Shown here in pieces: positions 1 to 12,248 of a stretch of 64,000 bases of DNA; the stretch's first letter is position 1, and each line of letters opens with the position of its first letter. The stretch is from a plasmid, in the NCBI RefSeq assembly GCF_055900595.2, contig NZ_JBVWEU010000002.1. The stretch is one strand, 5' to 3'. The translations under genes and the position numbers were made by a program. The notes beneath the pieces were generated by a model that saw only the letters and a program-made list of their open reading frames with translations, was not told the origin of the DNA and made no database searches.

Positions 1-978
1 GTGGATAAGTCGTCCGGTGAACTGGTGACACTGACACCAAACAATAACAACACCGTACAACCTGTGGCGCTGATGCGTCTGGGCGTTTTTGTACCGACCC
101 TTAAATCACTGAAGAACAGTAAAAAAAATACACTGTCACGTACTGATGCCACGGAAGAGCTGACACGTCTTTCCCTGGCCCGTGCTGAGGGATTCGATAA
201 GGTTGAGATCACCGGCCCCCGCCTGGATATGGATAACGATTTCAAGACCTGGGTGGGGATCATTCATTCCTTTGCCCGCCACAACGTGATTGGTGACAAA
301 GTTGAACTGCCTTTTGTTGAGTTTGCAAAACTGTGTGGTATACCTTCAAGCCAGTCATCCCGCAGGCTGCGTGAGCGCATCAGCCCTTCCCTGAAGCGCA
401 TTGCCGGTACCGTGATTTCGTTTTCCCGTACCGATGAGAAGCACACCCGGGAATATATCACCCATCTGGTACAGTCAGCTTACTACGATACTGAGCGGGA
501 TATTGTGCAGTTACAGGCCGATCCCCGCCTGTTTGAACTGTACCAGTTTGACAGAAAAGTCCTTCTCCAGCTTAAGGCGATTAATGCCCTGAAGCGACGG
601 GAGTCCGCCCAGGCACTCTACACCTTTATAGAGAGCCTGCCCCGGGATCCGGCACCGATATCGCTGGCGCGGCTGCGTGCACGCCTCAATCTGAAGTCTC
701 CTGTATTTTCCCAGAACCAGACGGTCAGACGGGCAATGGAGCAGTTGCGCGAGATTGGATATCTTGATTACACGGAGATCCAGCGGGGGCGGACAAAATT
801 CTTCTGTATTCACTACCGGCGTCCCCGGTTAAAAGCGCCGAATGATGAGAGTAAGGAAAATCCGTTGCAACCTTCACCTGCGGAAAAAGTCAGTCCGGAG
901 ATGGCGGAGAAGCTTGCCCTGCTTGAGAAACTGGGCATCACGCTGGATGACCTGGAAAAACTCTTCAAATCCCGCTGA
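1..978 (+). CDS. repA: RepFIB-type replication initiator RepA (iteron-binding Rep protein)
   Basis: 325-aa ORF starting at GTG at the window edge (5' control region is off-window); translation resembles the RepFIB initiator as I recall it; followed immediately by iteron-like repeats. Confidence 0.75.
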   Translation: MDKSSGELVTLTPNNNNTVQPVALMRLGVFVPTLKSLKNSKKNTLSRTDATEELTRLSLARAEGFDKVEITGPRLDMDNDFKTWVGIIHSFARHNVIGDKVELPFVEFAKLCGIPSSQSSRRLRERISPSLKRIAGTVISFSRTDEKHTREYITHLVQSAYYDTERDIVQLQADPRLFELYQFDRKVLLQLKAINALKRRESAQALYTFIESLPRDPAPISLARLRARLNLKSPVFSQNQTVRRAMEQLREIGYLDYTEIQRGRTKFFCIHYRRPRLKAPNDESKENPLQPSPAEKVSPEMAEKLALLEKLGITLDDLEKLFKSR

Positions 979-1010
979 ACATAAACTGTAGTCAGTGAAG
1001 AGCGCTCCTT

Positions 1011-1245
1011 TACTGACTACAGCTTATATTAACCGGTGCAGTGAGTGGTCTGCTCACTGCAGTTTATATTCTGTTTCCTGCAGTGCTGTCTGTAGCTGAG
1101 CTGCCATCTGCCTGTCCCTTACGTAAGTGATCCCGTAACCTGATGCTGAGGCATTGCTCCCTTCATAAAACATGACTTACTCACTACAGCTTATATACAT
1201 GCTCCAGCTTATGTTATGTCTGTTCTGCTGACCACAGCTTATATA
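1011..1245. repeat. Iteron-like direct repeats downstream of repA (about 4-5 copies of a CACTACAGCTTATAT-type unit; a further copy near 1628-1640) plus an 11-bp inverted repeat at about 986-1023
   Basis: Repeated ACAGCTTATAT cores read directly at about 1014, 1054, 1180, 1232 and 1628; arrangement typical of Rep-protein binding sites. Confidence 0.6.
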
Positions 1246-1262
1246 AGGAAGCGCGTATGCCG

Positions 1263-2003
1263 TCACCTCAGGGGAGGCAGTGTACGCAGGATCTCCGCAG
1301 CATCCCGCCCGTCACCGGTGAAAGGCACTGCCAGCGTGGCAGCCATATCCAGTGCAAACACTCTGGTATAAACCTCCATCGAACGTGGATCCCTGTGACC
1401 AGCCAGTGCCTGGATGACTTTCCGGGGCTGGCGGTGATAGAGCATGTGCATGATATAGCTGTGCCGGAAGGTGTGTGGTGTGACCGGAATCGAAAAGTGT
1501 ACTCCGTCAGCTTCGGCCCGTCTGACAGCCTGCTTCAGCCAGTTGCGCATGGTTTCGTCGGTCACGGCCCATAATGGTTCACGACGACGGGGCCGGGTGG
1601 TGATCATCCAGCTTTCCATCTGCCTGACATAGCTTATATCTGTCAGCGGAACCAGGCGCACTTCATCTTTTGGCGGGCGTCCGCGTCGCGCACGCACTTT
1701 TTCGGACAGGATCCGCACAAACGGTCTTACTCCATTCAGGTCAAATGATTCCGGCGTCAGCATCCGGGCTTCGCCAATACGCATTCCGGTATTCCAGAGG
1801 GTGGCGAACAGCATATGGTGACGCTGATCCGGCATATAGAAAAGAAGGGCACTCACTTCCGGGGCCAGCAGGTAGGCCGGTGTGGCCCCCGTGGAAGTGG
1901 CCATTCTTCTCAGGGAGAGCGCTGTTGCAAAATCCACCCCCGGCGCAATGGGTAACAGGGAGACGCGTTCTGGTGAATTCTGCAGGGGAATGACATTGTT
2001 CAT
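1263..2003 (-). CDS. int: Tyrosine site-specific recombinase (phage-integrase family), the RepFIB-associated int/resolvase
   Basis: 246-aa ORF; C-terminal segments [13 protein letters not shown] and [11 protein letters not shown] fit the R-H-R-Y catalytic region of tyrosine recombinases; position next to RepFIB. Confidence 0.75.
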   Translation of the reverse strand: MNNVIPLQNSPERVSLLPIAPGVDFATALSLRRMATSTGATPAYLLAPEVSALLFYMPDQRHHMLFATLWNTGMRIGEARMLTPESFDLNGVRPFVRILSEKVRARRGRPPKDEVRLVPLTDISYVRQMESWMITTRPRRREPLWAVTDETMRNWLKQAVRRAEADGVHFSIPVTPHTFRHSYIMHMLYHRQPRKVIQALAGHRDPRSMEVYTRVFALDMAATLAVPFTGDGRDAAEILRTLPPLR

Positions 2004-2686
2004 GAGTTATTTTTCACGTAGCACACGCACTGTTTATGGATACAGGTATTCTGACCTGAACGCCCGGATCCTTCCACGACAATAAATCGCAGCGCGCGGA
2101 TCCTTTTGTTTGATTATCACGCATTATTGCGGGTAAAACCAAATACGTAAAGGCGCATTTTGCCGCTGGGATCCCGTCTTAAGCCAGTCATGGTGCGGGC
2201 TGAGGGCTGGTTTACCGTTTTTGGGAGAATTGGGGTAATGCCAGGACAGGCAGAAACGGAGAAAAAATCCTGCAGACGCCCTTAAAAGACAACTGAAAAT
2301 TTCTGACTCCATATTCCTCTGGTTTCAGACTGCTTAATCACATCATCAACCTGATACATAACAAACAGATTCTGTTCACAGAATGAACAATTAAGTAAAT
2401 AGTTAGATTATGCGAAAAAGTTACAGATATTTCTCACCATCGTTATTGAATAATATGTCTTCACACAAACAATATTAATATTTTGAGTGTAAGCCCTGAC
2501 TCAAAGAAAGAAATGTCTGTTTTCGGAATCAAAAATATATAGTTATCAAAATACATTAATTTCAAATTTGAAATTAATGTAAAACGATTTAGTAAATGTT
2601 ATGATATTATAAATCTACTCCTCCATGTTTAGAGGAGTATTTGCAGACTGGACGCTCTTATATAGTTACTTACCTTTATACATATT

Positions 2687-3589
2687 CTAACATAAGCATT
2701 TACCAACCTTACAGGGAACAGACCATAGTAGTTTATATTTCCATTCAGGTCTGAATGCACCGATAGAATATATCATCTTTTTATTATTATCCTGACAATA
2801 CCTTCGTGCTTTATCTATATTCAGCCACATAAGGACACTTCCCGGACTTAGTTTCATGCAATTCTCATCATTCAGAACTGCACCATTTGGAACGTCATAA
2901 TAAACATTACATGAGCTTTCAGATTTCAGTACTATATCAATAGCACACGGTTTATTATCCCAGAATAGCACATGGCCAAACATAAGTTCTCGTAAGTGAG
3001 AAATAAACATTAACAGATTATCATATTCGTAGCAAGGTAGGGTACCTCCAAACCGGGAATGAAAAAGTGATATATAAGAGCTGGATATTTCTTTATCGGA
3101 TAACTGGCTTATACACTTAATCTCTCCGCCATTCCTGATAAATCTCTGGATTTCATTTCGGCGAGTTTTTTCAAATTTAGGTGAAAAAGATTCCTTTATA
3201 ATACAATTTTGTTTTTTTCTGGCTATTTTCCATGTTGCATTGATAATATTTTGTTTATTTATAATTGATAATTTATTAGTTTTATCCGGAAAAAAACATC
3301 TTGCATGTGGGGAAAAAGGAATTAATACCTCATCAGATGAAAGAGGATAAGACCTTCTTGCCATTATCCCAATTTGTTTTCCATTGCACAGAAAATATGA
3401 GCCTTTGATATCACCATCTTTTTCATAGTGAAAAAAATCAAACTTCCAGTCATGATGTATCATAAAGTATGAAACAACATCCGGATGCATGTTTACACTA
3501 CCACCGTATTTTTCAAAAGTTTTTTTGTACGTTTCGAATGTAGATGGTTTCCAGGCCGTAATAATGCGCTTTATATTTTTAATTGACAA
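2687..3589 (-). CDS. mig-14: Mig-14-like protein
   Basis: 300-aa ORF in a visibly AT-rich islet directly downstream of hlyF on the same strand; call rests mainly on the conserved hlyF/ompT neighbourhood of ColV-type plasmids. Confidence 0.5.
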   Translation of the reverse strand: MSIKNIKRIITAWKPSTFETYKKTFEKYGGSVNMHPDVVSYFMIHHDWKFDFFHYEKDGDIKGSYFLCNGKQIGIMARRSYPLSSDEVLIPFSPHARCFFPDKTNKLSIINKQNIINATWKIARKKQNCIIKESFSPKFEKTRRNEIQRFIRNGGEIKCISQLSDKEISSSYISLFHSRFGGTLPCYEYDNLLMFISHLRELMFGHVLFWDNKPCAIDIVLKSESSCNVYYDVPNGAVLNDENCMKLSPGSVLMWLNIDKARRYCQDNNKKMIYSIGAFRPEWKYKLLWSVPCKVGKCLC

Positions 3590-3657
3590 AGTTATATCCT
3601 CGGCGTTTTTATATATTATGAGTGCAACACCAACAATAATTCTGATTATGATAAATA

Positions 3658-4773
3658 TTATTTAAAATCAACTTCCATTTGTTGTTGAATTGAAAGGTGT
3701 TTTGTCGTTTCTATACAGTATTTAATATAATCAGTAAACTTTGGCGGTTTAGGCATTCCGATACTCAGTAGCTTGTCGTTACTGAAACAAACATTGAGCA
3801 TACTGAACGCTCCATATAAACGAATGGCTTTTAACATAAGGCGTTCGTTACAGGGACCAAAAATATTTTTAAAGTCATGACGGCTCATTGCCAGTATGTC
3901 ATAACTGACTTTAGTATATCTGTCTCCAACAGGAACACAGTTCAAAGCACGGGCTACAGCTTCGTCAATAGCAGAGAACGTCACACTACTTTCTTTACCT
4001 GCTGATATATGAACAATCTCACCATTAATTAACGAGCTTTCAAGCAACATTAGCAATGCATCAGCACAATAATCTACAGGGATAACATCTATTTTATCAT
4101 CCAGAGAGCACATAAATTTTTGCAACATTAACCCCATTCTGAATACCCAGAAAATACTGGTTGAAGGTAAGCACCCTAAACGACTGTGGCCAACAATAAT
4201 TGATGGTCGGGCAACCAACAAAGGTAAATCAGGACACTGCTTACGCATCAGATATTCTATTGTTGCTTTTGAATGCGTATACTCCACTAAATGTTCACCT
4301 GTTTCTGATGAAGCAGACTCTTCCTTAACTAGCGACCCCGTATGAGGTGTACAAGACATAGCAGTACCAACATGAAGGAAGCGTTTCAGTCCTGCCACTT
4401 TTGCCATTCTTCTTGCAAAAGCAAGTGTACCTGTAACATTCACATTCCATATAAAAGGATTATTACCAAAAGAAGCTATAGCCGCACAGTTTATAACATG
4501 AGTGACTTCATCAAGACGAGGATCCATGAGAAAGGCTTCCGGATTATTTAGATCCCCAGGCAAGATGTTATCATTAGTTAATGCATGCAACCTTTCCTCA
4601 CAAACATTAAATTTACGCATATTTTCTTTAATTCTTTCCAGTCCCGCTTGTGGAGTAGGTGCTCGTACTAAAAGTAGCAAATTTATATTATTACAGTTAT
4701 CCAGCAGCTTATCCAGGACCGCGCCACCAAGAAATCCTGTTGCACCTGTAAGTAATAACAATTTCATATCCAA
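3658..4773 (-). CDS. hlyF: HlyF-like NAD(P)-binding epimerase/dehydratase-fold protein
   Basis: 371-aa ORF with N-terminal Rossmann motif LLLTGATGFLGGAVL; AT-rich; adjacent to plasmid ompT and mig-14-like. Confidence 0.7.
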   Translation of the reverse strand: MDMKLLLLTGATGFLGGAVLDKLLDNCNNINLLLLVRAPTPQAGLERIKENMRKFNVCEERLHALTNDNILPGDLNNPEAFLMDPRLDEVTHVINCAAIASFGNNPFIWNVNVTGTLAFARRMAKVAGLKRFLHVGTAMSCTPHTGSLVKEESASSETGEHLVEYTHSKATIEYLMRKQCPDLPLLVARPSIIVGHSRLGCLPSTSIFWVFRMGLMLQKFMCSLDDKIDVIPVDYCADALLMLLESSLINGEIVHISAGKESSVTFSAIDEAVARALNCVPVGDRYTKVSYDILAMSRHDFKNIFGPCNERLMLKAIRLYGAFSMLNVCFSNDKLLSIGMPKPPKFTDYIKYCIETTKHLSIQQQMEVDFK

Positions 4774-5199
4774 CCTCTTTTGTTTTCATGTAATCATTAT
4801 AAAAATAAATTATCTTACATAAACAATTATTAAACAAAATCAAGAGAGATTAAATGTAAAAACAATGTTTGTTTTTATATGGCAGGATCCTTCAGGTTAT
4901 TGCGTATGTTTTTATTGGATGTTCTGCTTATTATTGATGAGTAATAGCATTATAATAAAGTTCATATTGTTAACATCGCTTATCAATTATTTTTATGTCG
5001 ATAACACTGTGTCGTTATGCATGAAGAGTGGCAGGGCAGCATCGTTAAAAATACAAGAGTTAACAGAAACACTTTTATCGTGGCGCACATATATCCTCCA
5101 CATATTATAAAAAATAAAAAGACCACCATCAGAAGTGCTGGCCTTTTGTTTATCATATTTAAAGTGTCATGAAAAAATTAAAAACAGGCATGTTTCAGG

Positions 5200-6159
5200 T
5201 TAAAAATAATACTTCAGACCAGCTGTGGTCATAAAGTTATAGCTTTCAATGCCTGCACCATTTTTGGTGTGATCAGATATATTCAAATTTCTGGAGTACA
5301 GAGAAGTATCACCTTTCTTATTAGTAATACGGTTCCATGTTCCTTCGACATAAACTTTAGCTGCAGGTGTAATATAATAACCAGCATGTAGTGAGACAGA
5401 GTAATAGTTCTGATTATTTACATCGCTACGATAGGTGATCCTTTTCTCAGGGTTGTAATGCTCATCATTATCCGATGCCTTCACCCATCCGCTATATTTG
5501 AAACTCCCACCGAACTCAAAGCTATCATACAGATAATTACCGGTTAACCCTATATAGGGCATTTTAAAGTGTTGTTTGTAGCCTATAGCTCTTTCACCAT
5601 CTGGAAATGATCCCGTTTCATCCCGGAAGCCTCCCTCACTACTATAGATATAAGAGCCTCCTTTTGCTGTAAAGCTATAACGATTTTCCTGGTAACCAGC
5701 CATAAGACCTAACTGATAGTCTGGTTGATTCAGGAGCCATCCCTTAATATTCAGGTCGAATTCATTAGCAAAATTTAGACGGGTATTCGGATGTTTACTC
5801 TCATCAGTCCAGGTTCCGGGATTGCTCGTATCCAGCCAGTCCCTGTCCACCATATTGCCTCCACGACCAGCTAATGTTGTCCACCCTGAGGCACCGACAG
5901 ATACTCTGGGTAACAGATCCCAGTTAAATGCCCCCTTGACAATTGGCGCATTACTGTATTTCCAGTCCAGCTGGCTGGCTTTGCGCCCTTTTTCTTCAGG
6001 CAGATAAACCCGTTCTTTGGCCTTGCCACTTAAAGTGCCAAAATCAATCTCCGTACTGATTTTCTCCGGTGTAAAAGAAAGCCCAGTATCAGAAGCCAGT
6101 GCAGCAAACGCTACAGGAGCTGAGAGTGCAGTAGCAAGAATCTTTAAGTACATAGACAA
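5200..6159 (-). CDS. ompT: Omptin-family outer-membrane protease (plasmid OmpT)
   Basis: 319-aa ORF with signal peptide; long stretches closely similar to E. coli OmpT as I recall it (e.g. WTDESKHPNTRLNFANEFDLNIKGWLL, DNDEHYNPEKRITYRS). Confidence 0.85.
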   Translation of the reverse strand: MSMYLKILATALSAPVAFAALASDTGLSFTPEKISTEIDFGTLSGKAKERVYLPEEKGRKASQLDWKYSNAPIVKGAFNWDLLPRVSVGASGWTTLAGRGGNMVDRDWLDTSNPGTWTDESKHPNTRLNFANEFDLNIKGWLLNQPDYQLGLMAGYQENRYSFTAKGGSYIYSSEGGFRDETGSFPDGERAIGYKQHFKMPYIGLTGNYLYDSFEFGGSFKYSGWVKASDNDEHYNPEKRITYRSDVNNQNYYSVSLHAGYYITPAAKVYVEGTWNRITNKKGDTSLYSRNLNISDHTKNGAGIESYNFMTTAGLKYYF

Positions 6160-7439
6160 GTTAACTCCATTCCACTCGTTTGTTTTTGATAAATATTTTT
6201 TATTTACTCGTAGTAGTCAACTGAAAAATGCTGTTTTATTTAACGTTTGTTTACAATGTGGCCGCATGTCGCTTTATTTATTCCCTTTTATGTCAGAATA
6301 TCAGGGGAGTCAGTCAAACCCGGTATGATTACTGCCCCGGTCATCCATGTTCCAGGAAATATCAGGGCATACAGGGTGCTGGTAACTGCGAATAAGGCCC
6401 TGGTCGGACACTTTATGCCGGGAACGTCTGTAACATGGAAACCGGTACCTTCTTCCTGGGTTTATTTTGTTAACTCTTATCTAAAGGGAGACAAAATGGC
6501 CAAATCCTGCGATTATGAAGCAATCAGGGGCTTTATTAGCGTTAATGTCGGCAAAGATACCAATAACGCCATTACAGTTAATTATTCAGATAGCGTTTGT
6601 GCGACAATGCATTACCATTCGACGAAAATAAACTCAGGTGGTTGATATCAGAAATCAACCGTGGCTCCACCTACAAAAAAAGTTGCTGGTTTATAAATCC
6701 CTCCTTTCTGATTAATAAGAAAACTAATAACATATGAGTGTGATTACTTGTTCAGATAAGTTAATTATCTTAGTGATTGATATTTATTTTGTTTCAGTGA
6801 AAATGATGCTTTTATTAGAAAATTTATAAATACCAAGTCGGTGGTGTTTATTAGTGTAATGGAGGGGAGTGCGTAAATCGTTCATGTAACACTTCCTTCC
6901 AATAATACTTTATAAATCAATAGATGTATGATTACTTATTTCCTGAAATATCATATATATTGCTATATTTCTTAACGAGATATTCTTATTTTATTGATAA
7001 TTGCATCTCTTTTATTTAATGTAAAGCTTTCTTATTAATCTTCTAATGTATTGCAAAATGGTAGATGCTGAGTAATCAACAGACTTGTATGTAAAGTCAA
7101 GATTAACGTTGCTAAAGCACGCATCAATTTTCTGATAAAAGGATGGGGTTGTTTTTTTCGATAAAAAAAATTCTTGTCTAACCACTGGTGAAATAAGATT
7201 ATTATTACCCCGAATTAATACTGAGCCTAACAATAGAATACAAAAAAAACAAAATGCTTTAAATAAGGGGAGCACTATAAGTTATCCTCTTTACTTTATG
7301 CTTACCAACTCATTTATGTTACTTTATAACATAACCCATCTTGCGTTGTAAACAGACTCGTTTTAGTTCCATGCACCTTTTGAGATCGTGACCAAATAAT
7401 GGCGTTAGTGATGTTCTTCCAGTGTCATATGGTTAAGTA

Positions 7440-8460
<1,021 letters not shown>

Positions 8461-9120
8461 AACAATTATTATCAACAACTTGGAAGGAGTAAGACTACCC
8501 GTGGCGATTCAATATTAGATCATTGATGGAGATATAAATGGCTCACTTTTTATCGGTTGTTGACGATACGTTTATCAAGTATACATGAAAATTTCTTCAT
8601 ACCAGCTATATGAGACGTTAAGACTAAAAATCTTACTCCCAAAATGACTATGTTGTTGCAGTTTGGTTTATTGACTCTTGTCTATAGTTCACCGAATGCC
8701 AAGATGAGGGAGCGAGGAACTTTACTGTCTACGCCTCTCTTCCTGGTTACAAAGACAAGCGTAAAACTCACCATCCATTAGAACTAAAGGCACTTTCCTG
8801 AGCAGAGTTTTCATCTGCAAGATAAAAGCTATTTTACAGCCGTAAAGTCCAGTGAAACGAAAGAGAGGTTAGTGAATTAATTACTTGATGTATTAAAGTA
8901 TAATGGGCGTAGATAACACCTTAATACGAAATCTTGTCAGACTTTCCCGGTAATTAGTAATACTGTTGAAACAAAGCGAGAGGGGGTTAGCCCAATTTAC
9001 GCAAATAAATAATAATCTTGATTATGATTAATTCCAAATAAGTATATTTTTCCAGTAGATGCTGGGCATTAACTAAGAAAACCCAGAATACCACTTTCAT
9101 TGTTATGGAAAACATGGACA

Positions 9121-10308
9121 ATGTTAATGAAATATATTTCTCACCGCGCCATCATTTGTACCTTGACACTGTTGATCATTATTATCACCGTTTTGTTCAC
9201 CTTTCTGAGAAGCTCTGATGTGCCAGAATATATTACTGCCCCGGTGCGCAAAGGCGATATAGAAAATTCTGTTCTGGCGACAGGCCGTATTGATGCAATT
9301 GAACGGGTAAACGTAGGGGCACAGGTATCAGGGCAATTAAAATCACTGAAAGTGAAACAGGGCGACCATGTGACTAAAGGGCAGTTGATTGCCGAAATTG
9401 ACGACCTACCTCAGTGTAACGATTTGCGTAATGCCGAAGCTGCACTCAACGAAGTGAAAGCAGAACTTCAATCCAAGCAGGCGCTCCTGAAACAGGCTGA
9501 ACTGCGTTTTAAACGCCAGCTCCGGATGCTAAGAGAAAATGCCAGCTCACACGAAGATTTTGAGTCTGCGGAGGCAATGCTTGCGACCACTCGCGCTGAA
9601 TTACTGTCTCTGAATGCCAAACTGGTCCAGGCACAGATAGAAGTAGATAAGAAAAAGCTTGCCCTTGAATATACGCGAGTCGTAGCGCCAATGGATGGAA
9701 TTGTTATTGCCATTGTCACTCAGCAAGGGCAAACCGTTAACTCAAACCAGAGTGCCCCAACAATTATTAAACTCGCTCGTCTGGATGTCATGACCATTAA
9801 AGCACAGATCTCCGAGGCTGATATAACCCGTATTTCTGTGGGGCAAAAAGCCCGCTTCTCTATCTTCTCCGAACCGGACAAGCACTACAGCGCAACACTG
9901 CGTGCCGTTGAACTGGCACCAGAATCGGTAATGAAAGATGACTCTCTCGCCAGCAACACTTCAGCATCAGGCTCCGGAACTTCAAATGCGTCCGTTTATT
10001 ACAATGCTCTATTCGATGTGCCTAACCCAGAAAATCGACTTCGTATTGCCATGACTGCTCAGGTTACCCTGATTACTGATGAAGCCCAAAATACACTGCT
10101 GGTACCCATTCAGGCAGTGCACAGAAATGAGGGGAAGAAGCAACAGGTCCTGGTGCTGGCAGCAGATGGCAGGCTGGAACCCCGGAATGTGAAAACTGGT
10201 ATCACGAACAGCGTGGATATTCAGATCCTCGAAGGTTTAAATGTCGGAGAAAATGTCGTGCTGTCGCTGCCGGATAAGAAAGAGCCCGAAGAAAGGATTA
10301 TGCTGTGA
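9121..10308 (+). CDS. etsA: Periplasmic adaptor (membrane fusion protein, MacA-like) of the ets efflux system
   Basis: ORF track starts at TTG 9100; first ATG at 9121 precedes an N-terminal TM helix; coiled-coil/barrel-sandwich adaptor-like sequence; overlaps the next gene by 4 nt. Confidence 0.75.
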   Translation: MLMKYISHRAIICTLTLLIIIITVLFTFLRSSDVPEYITAPVRKGDIENSVLATGRIDAIERVNVGAQVSGQLKSLKVKQGDHVTKGQLIAEIDDLPQCNDLRNAEAALNEVKAELQSKQALLKQAELRFKRQLRMLRENASSHEDFESAEAMLATTRAELLSLNAKLVQAQIEVDKKKLALEYTRVVAPMDGIVIAIVTQQGQTVNSNQSAPTIIKLARLDVMTIKAQISEADITRISVGQKARFSIFSEPDKHYSATLRAVELAPESVMKDDSLASNTSASGSGTSNASVYYNALFDVPNPENRLRIAMTAQVTLITDEAQNTLLVPIQAVHRNEGKKQQVLVLAADGRLEPRNVKTGITNSVDIQILEGLNVGENVVLSLPDKKEPEERIML

Positions 10309-12245
10309 AAAAACTTATTGAGTTAAAAGGGGTTAGCCGAACTTATGGCAACGGAGATCAAACGCGGACCGTCCTGAAAAATGTCGATTTGACAATCGTT
10401 GCTGGAGAAATGGTGGCAATCATTGGAGCCTCTGGCTCAGGCAAATCAACCTTAATGAACATAATGGGTTGCCTTGACGTACCCAATAGAGGTGATTACT
10501 ACATCGACGGACAAAATGCCGCCTGTCTTTCACCCGATGAGCTGGCTAGAGTGCGCCGGGAACACATTGGCTTTATATTCCAGCGCTACCATTTGATACC
10601 TGATCTTAGCGCACTTGGTAACGTGGAGATCCCGGCCATTTACGCCAACAGCGAACGCGACAGCCGTCGGCAACGTGCAACGGCGTTGCTGGGCAGACTG
10701 GGACTGGAAGGACGTGAGCATCATAAACCTTGCGAACTTTCAGGCGGTCAGCAGCAACGCGTCAGTATTGCCCGAGCACTGATCAACGGTGGAAAGATAA
10801 TTTTGGCGGATGAGCCAACTGGTGCTCTGGATTCGCAATCCGGGCAAGAAGTGTTAGCCATTCTGAATGAACTTAATCGACGTGGTCATACTGTAGTAAT
10901 GGTGACCCACGATATGAAGGTCGCCCGGCACGCAAAGCGAATCATTGAGCTGTGTGATGGCGAAATCATCGCTGATAGTGGAGGTTGCGTATCTGCGACG
11001 GAAACACTACCAAAAACCAACAGAATCCGGCAAAGCTATTGGAAAACACTGCTCGATCGAACGCGTGAATCGATGCAAATGGCGCTAAAAGCGATGAAGA
11101 CGCATCGCTTACGCACCACGCTTACCATGATCGGGATTGTTTTTGGTATCGCCTCCGTTGTCACTGTTGTGGCATTGGGTGAAGGAGCCAGGCAAGAAAC
11201 ACTGGAAGAGATTAAAAGTCTGGGGACAAACGTGGTCAGCATTTATCCCGGGCAGGATTTGTTCGATGACAGCATTGAGAGTATTAGAACATTGGTACCT
11301 GCTGACGCAAATGCACTGGCGAAGCAAGGGTTTATCGATAGCGTCAGCCCGGAAGTTAGCGCTTCAGACAACATTCGTTTTCTGGGTAAATCTGCGATAG
11401 CGTCCATTAACGGCGTTGGGCGGGAACATTTCCGGGTAAAAGGTATTGAGTTGTTGCAAGGGACTACTTTTAGAGACGATCGCAACGCTCTACAGGAAGT
11501 TATTATCGATGAGAATACTCGTAAGGCCATTTTCGACAACACAGGGTTACAGGCTCTGGGGCAAATAGTCTTTCTTGGTTCTGTACCAGCACGAGTGGTT
11601 GGCATCGCTAAAAGTAACAACCGTAGTGATGCATCAAATCGCATTACTGTGTGGATGCCTTACAGCACGGTGATGTACCGTATTGTGGGTAAACCAGTTC
11701 TGACCGGTATTAGCGTCAGGCTAAAAGACAATGTGGATAACGAGGCTGCAATCAGCGCTATCTCCCAACTATTAACCCGGCGTCACGGCATAAAAGACTT
11801 CCAGCTTTATAACTTTGAACAAATAAGAAAGTCTATCGAACACACCTCAATGACCTTCAGTATTTTAATTCTTATGGTCGCATGTATCTCACTAATGATC
11901 GGCAGTATCGGGGTGATGAACATCATGTTGATTTCTGTAACGGAACGAACTCATGAAATTGGCGTACGAATGGCGGTTGGCGCGAGACGCAGCGACATTA
12001 TGCAACAGTTTATTATTGAGGCCGTATTGGTTTGCCTGATTGGTGGCGCACTCGGTATTGCACTGTCGTATATCACAGGTGCGCTCTTTAACGCTCTGGC
12101 GGACGGGATATTCGCAGCTATATATTCGTGGCAGGCTGCTGTTGCTGCATTTCTTTGCTCAACCTTAATCGGCATAATCTTCGGGTATCTCCCAGCCCGC
12201 AAGGCAGCAAGGATGGACCCGGTTATTTCACTGGCCAGCGAATAA
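10305..12245 (+). CDS. etsB: MacB-like ABC transporter (N-terminal ATPase fused to C-terminal permease)
   Basis: 646 aa; Walker A GASGSGKST, signature LSGGQQQRVSIARAL, Walker B IILADEPTGALD, then FtsX-like permease region. Confidence 0.8.
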   Translation: MKKLIELKGVSRTYGNGDQTRTVLKNVDLTIVAGEMVAIIGASGSGKSTLMNIMGCLDVPNRGDYYIDGQNAACLSPDELARVRREHIGFIFQRYHLIPDLSALGNVEIPAIYANSERDSRRQRATALLGRLGLEGREHHKPCELSGGQQQRVSIARALINGGKIILADEPTGALDSQSGQEVLAILNELNRRGHTVVMVTHDMKVARHAKRIIELCDGEIIADSGGCVSATETLPKTNRIRQSYWKTLLDRTRESMQMALKAMKTHRLRTTLTMIGIVFGIASVVTVVALGEGARQETLEEIKSLGTNVVSIYPGQDLFDDSIESIRTLVPADANALAKQGFIDSVSPEVSASDNIRFLGKSAIASINGVGREHFRVKGIELLQGTTFRDDRNALQEVIIDENTRKAIFDNTGLQALGQIVFLGSVPARVVGIAKSNNRSDASNRITVWMPYSTVMYRIVGKPVLTGISVRLKDNVDNEAAISAISQLLTRRHGIKDFQLYNFEQIRKSIEHTSMTFSILILMVACISLMIGSIGVMNIMLISVTERTHEIGVRMAVGARRSDIMQQFIIEAVLVCLIGGALGIALSYITGALFNALADGIFAAIYSWQAAVAAFLCSTLIGIIFGYLPARKAARMDPVISLASE

Positions 12246-12248
12246 TAT

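Noticed and set aside
1011-1245. Direct repeats downstream of repA considered as a possible CRISPR array
   Set aside because: Repeats are short (about 15 bp), irregularly spaced, few in number and sit where Rep iterons are expected; no cas genes in the window
6247-6645. 132-aa plus-strand ORF upstream of ompT
   Set aside because: Lies in the probable ompT promoter/leader region, no recognisable motif; likely non-coding
7012-7275. 87-aa AT-rich minus-strand ORF with a hydrophobic N-terminus
   Set aside because: Could be a small secreted protein, but no supporting motif or context; not called
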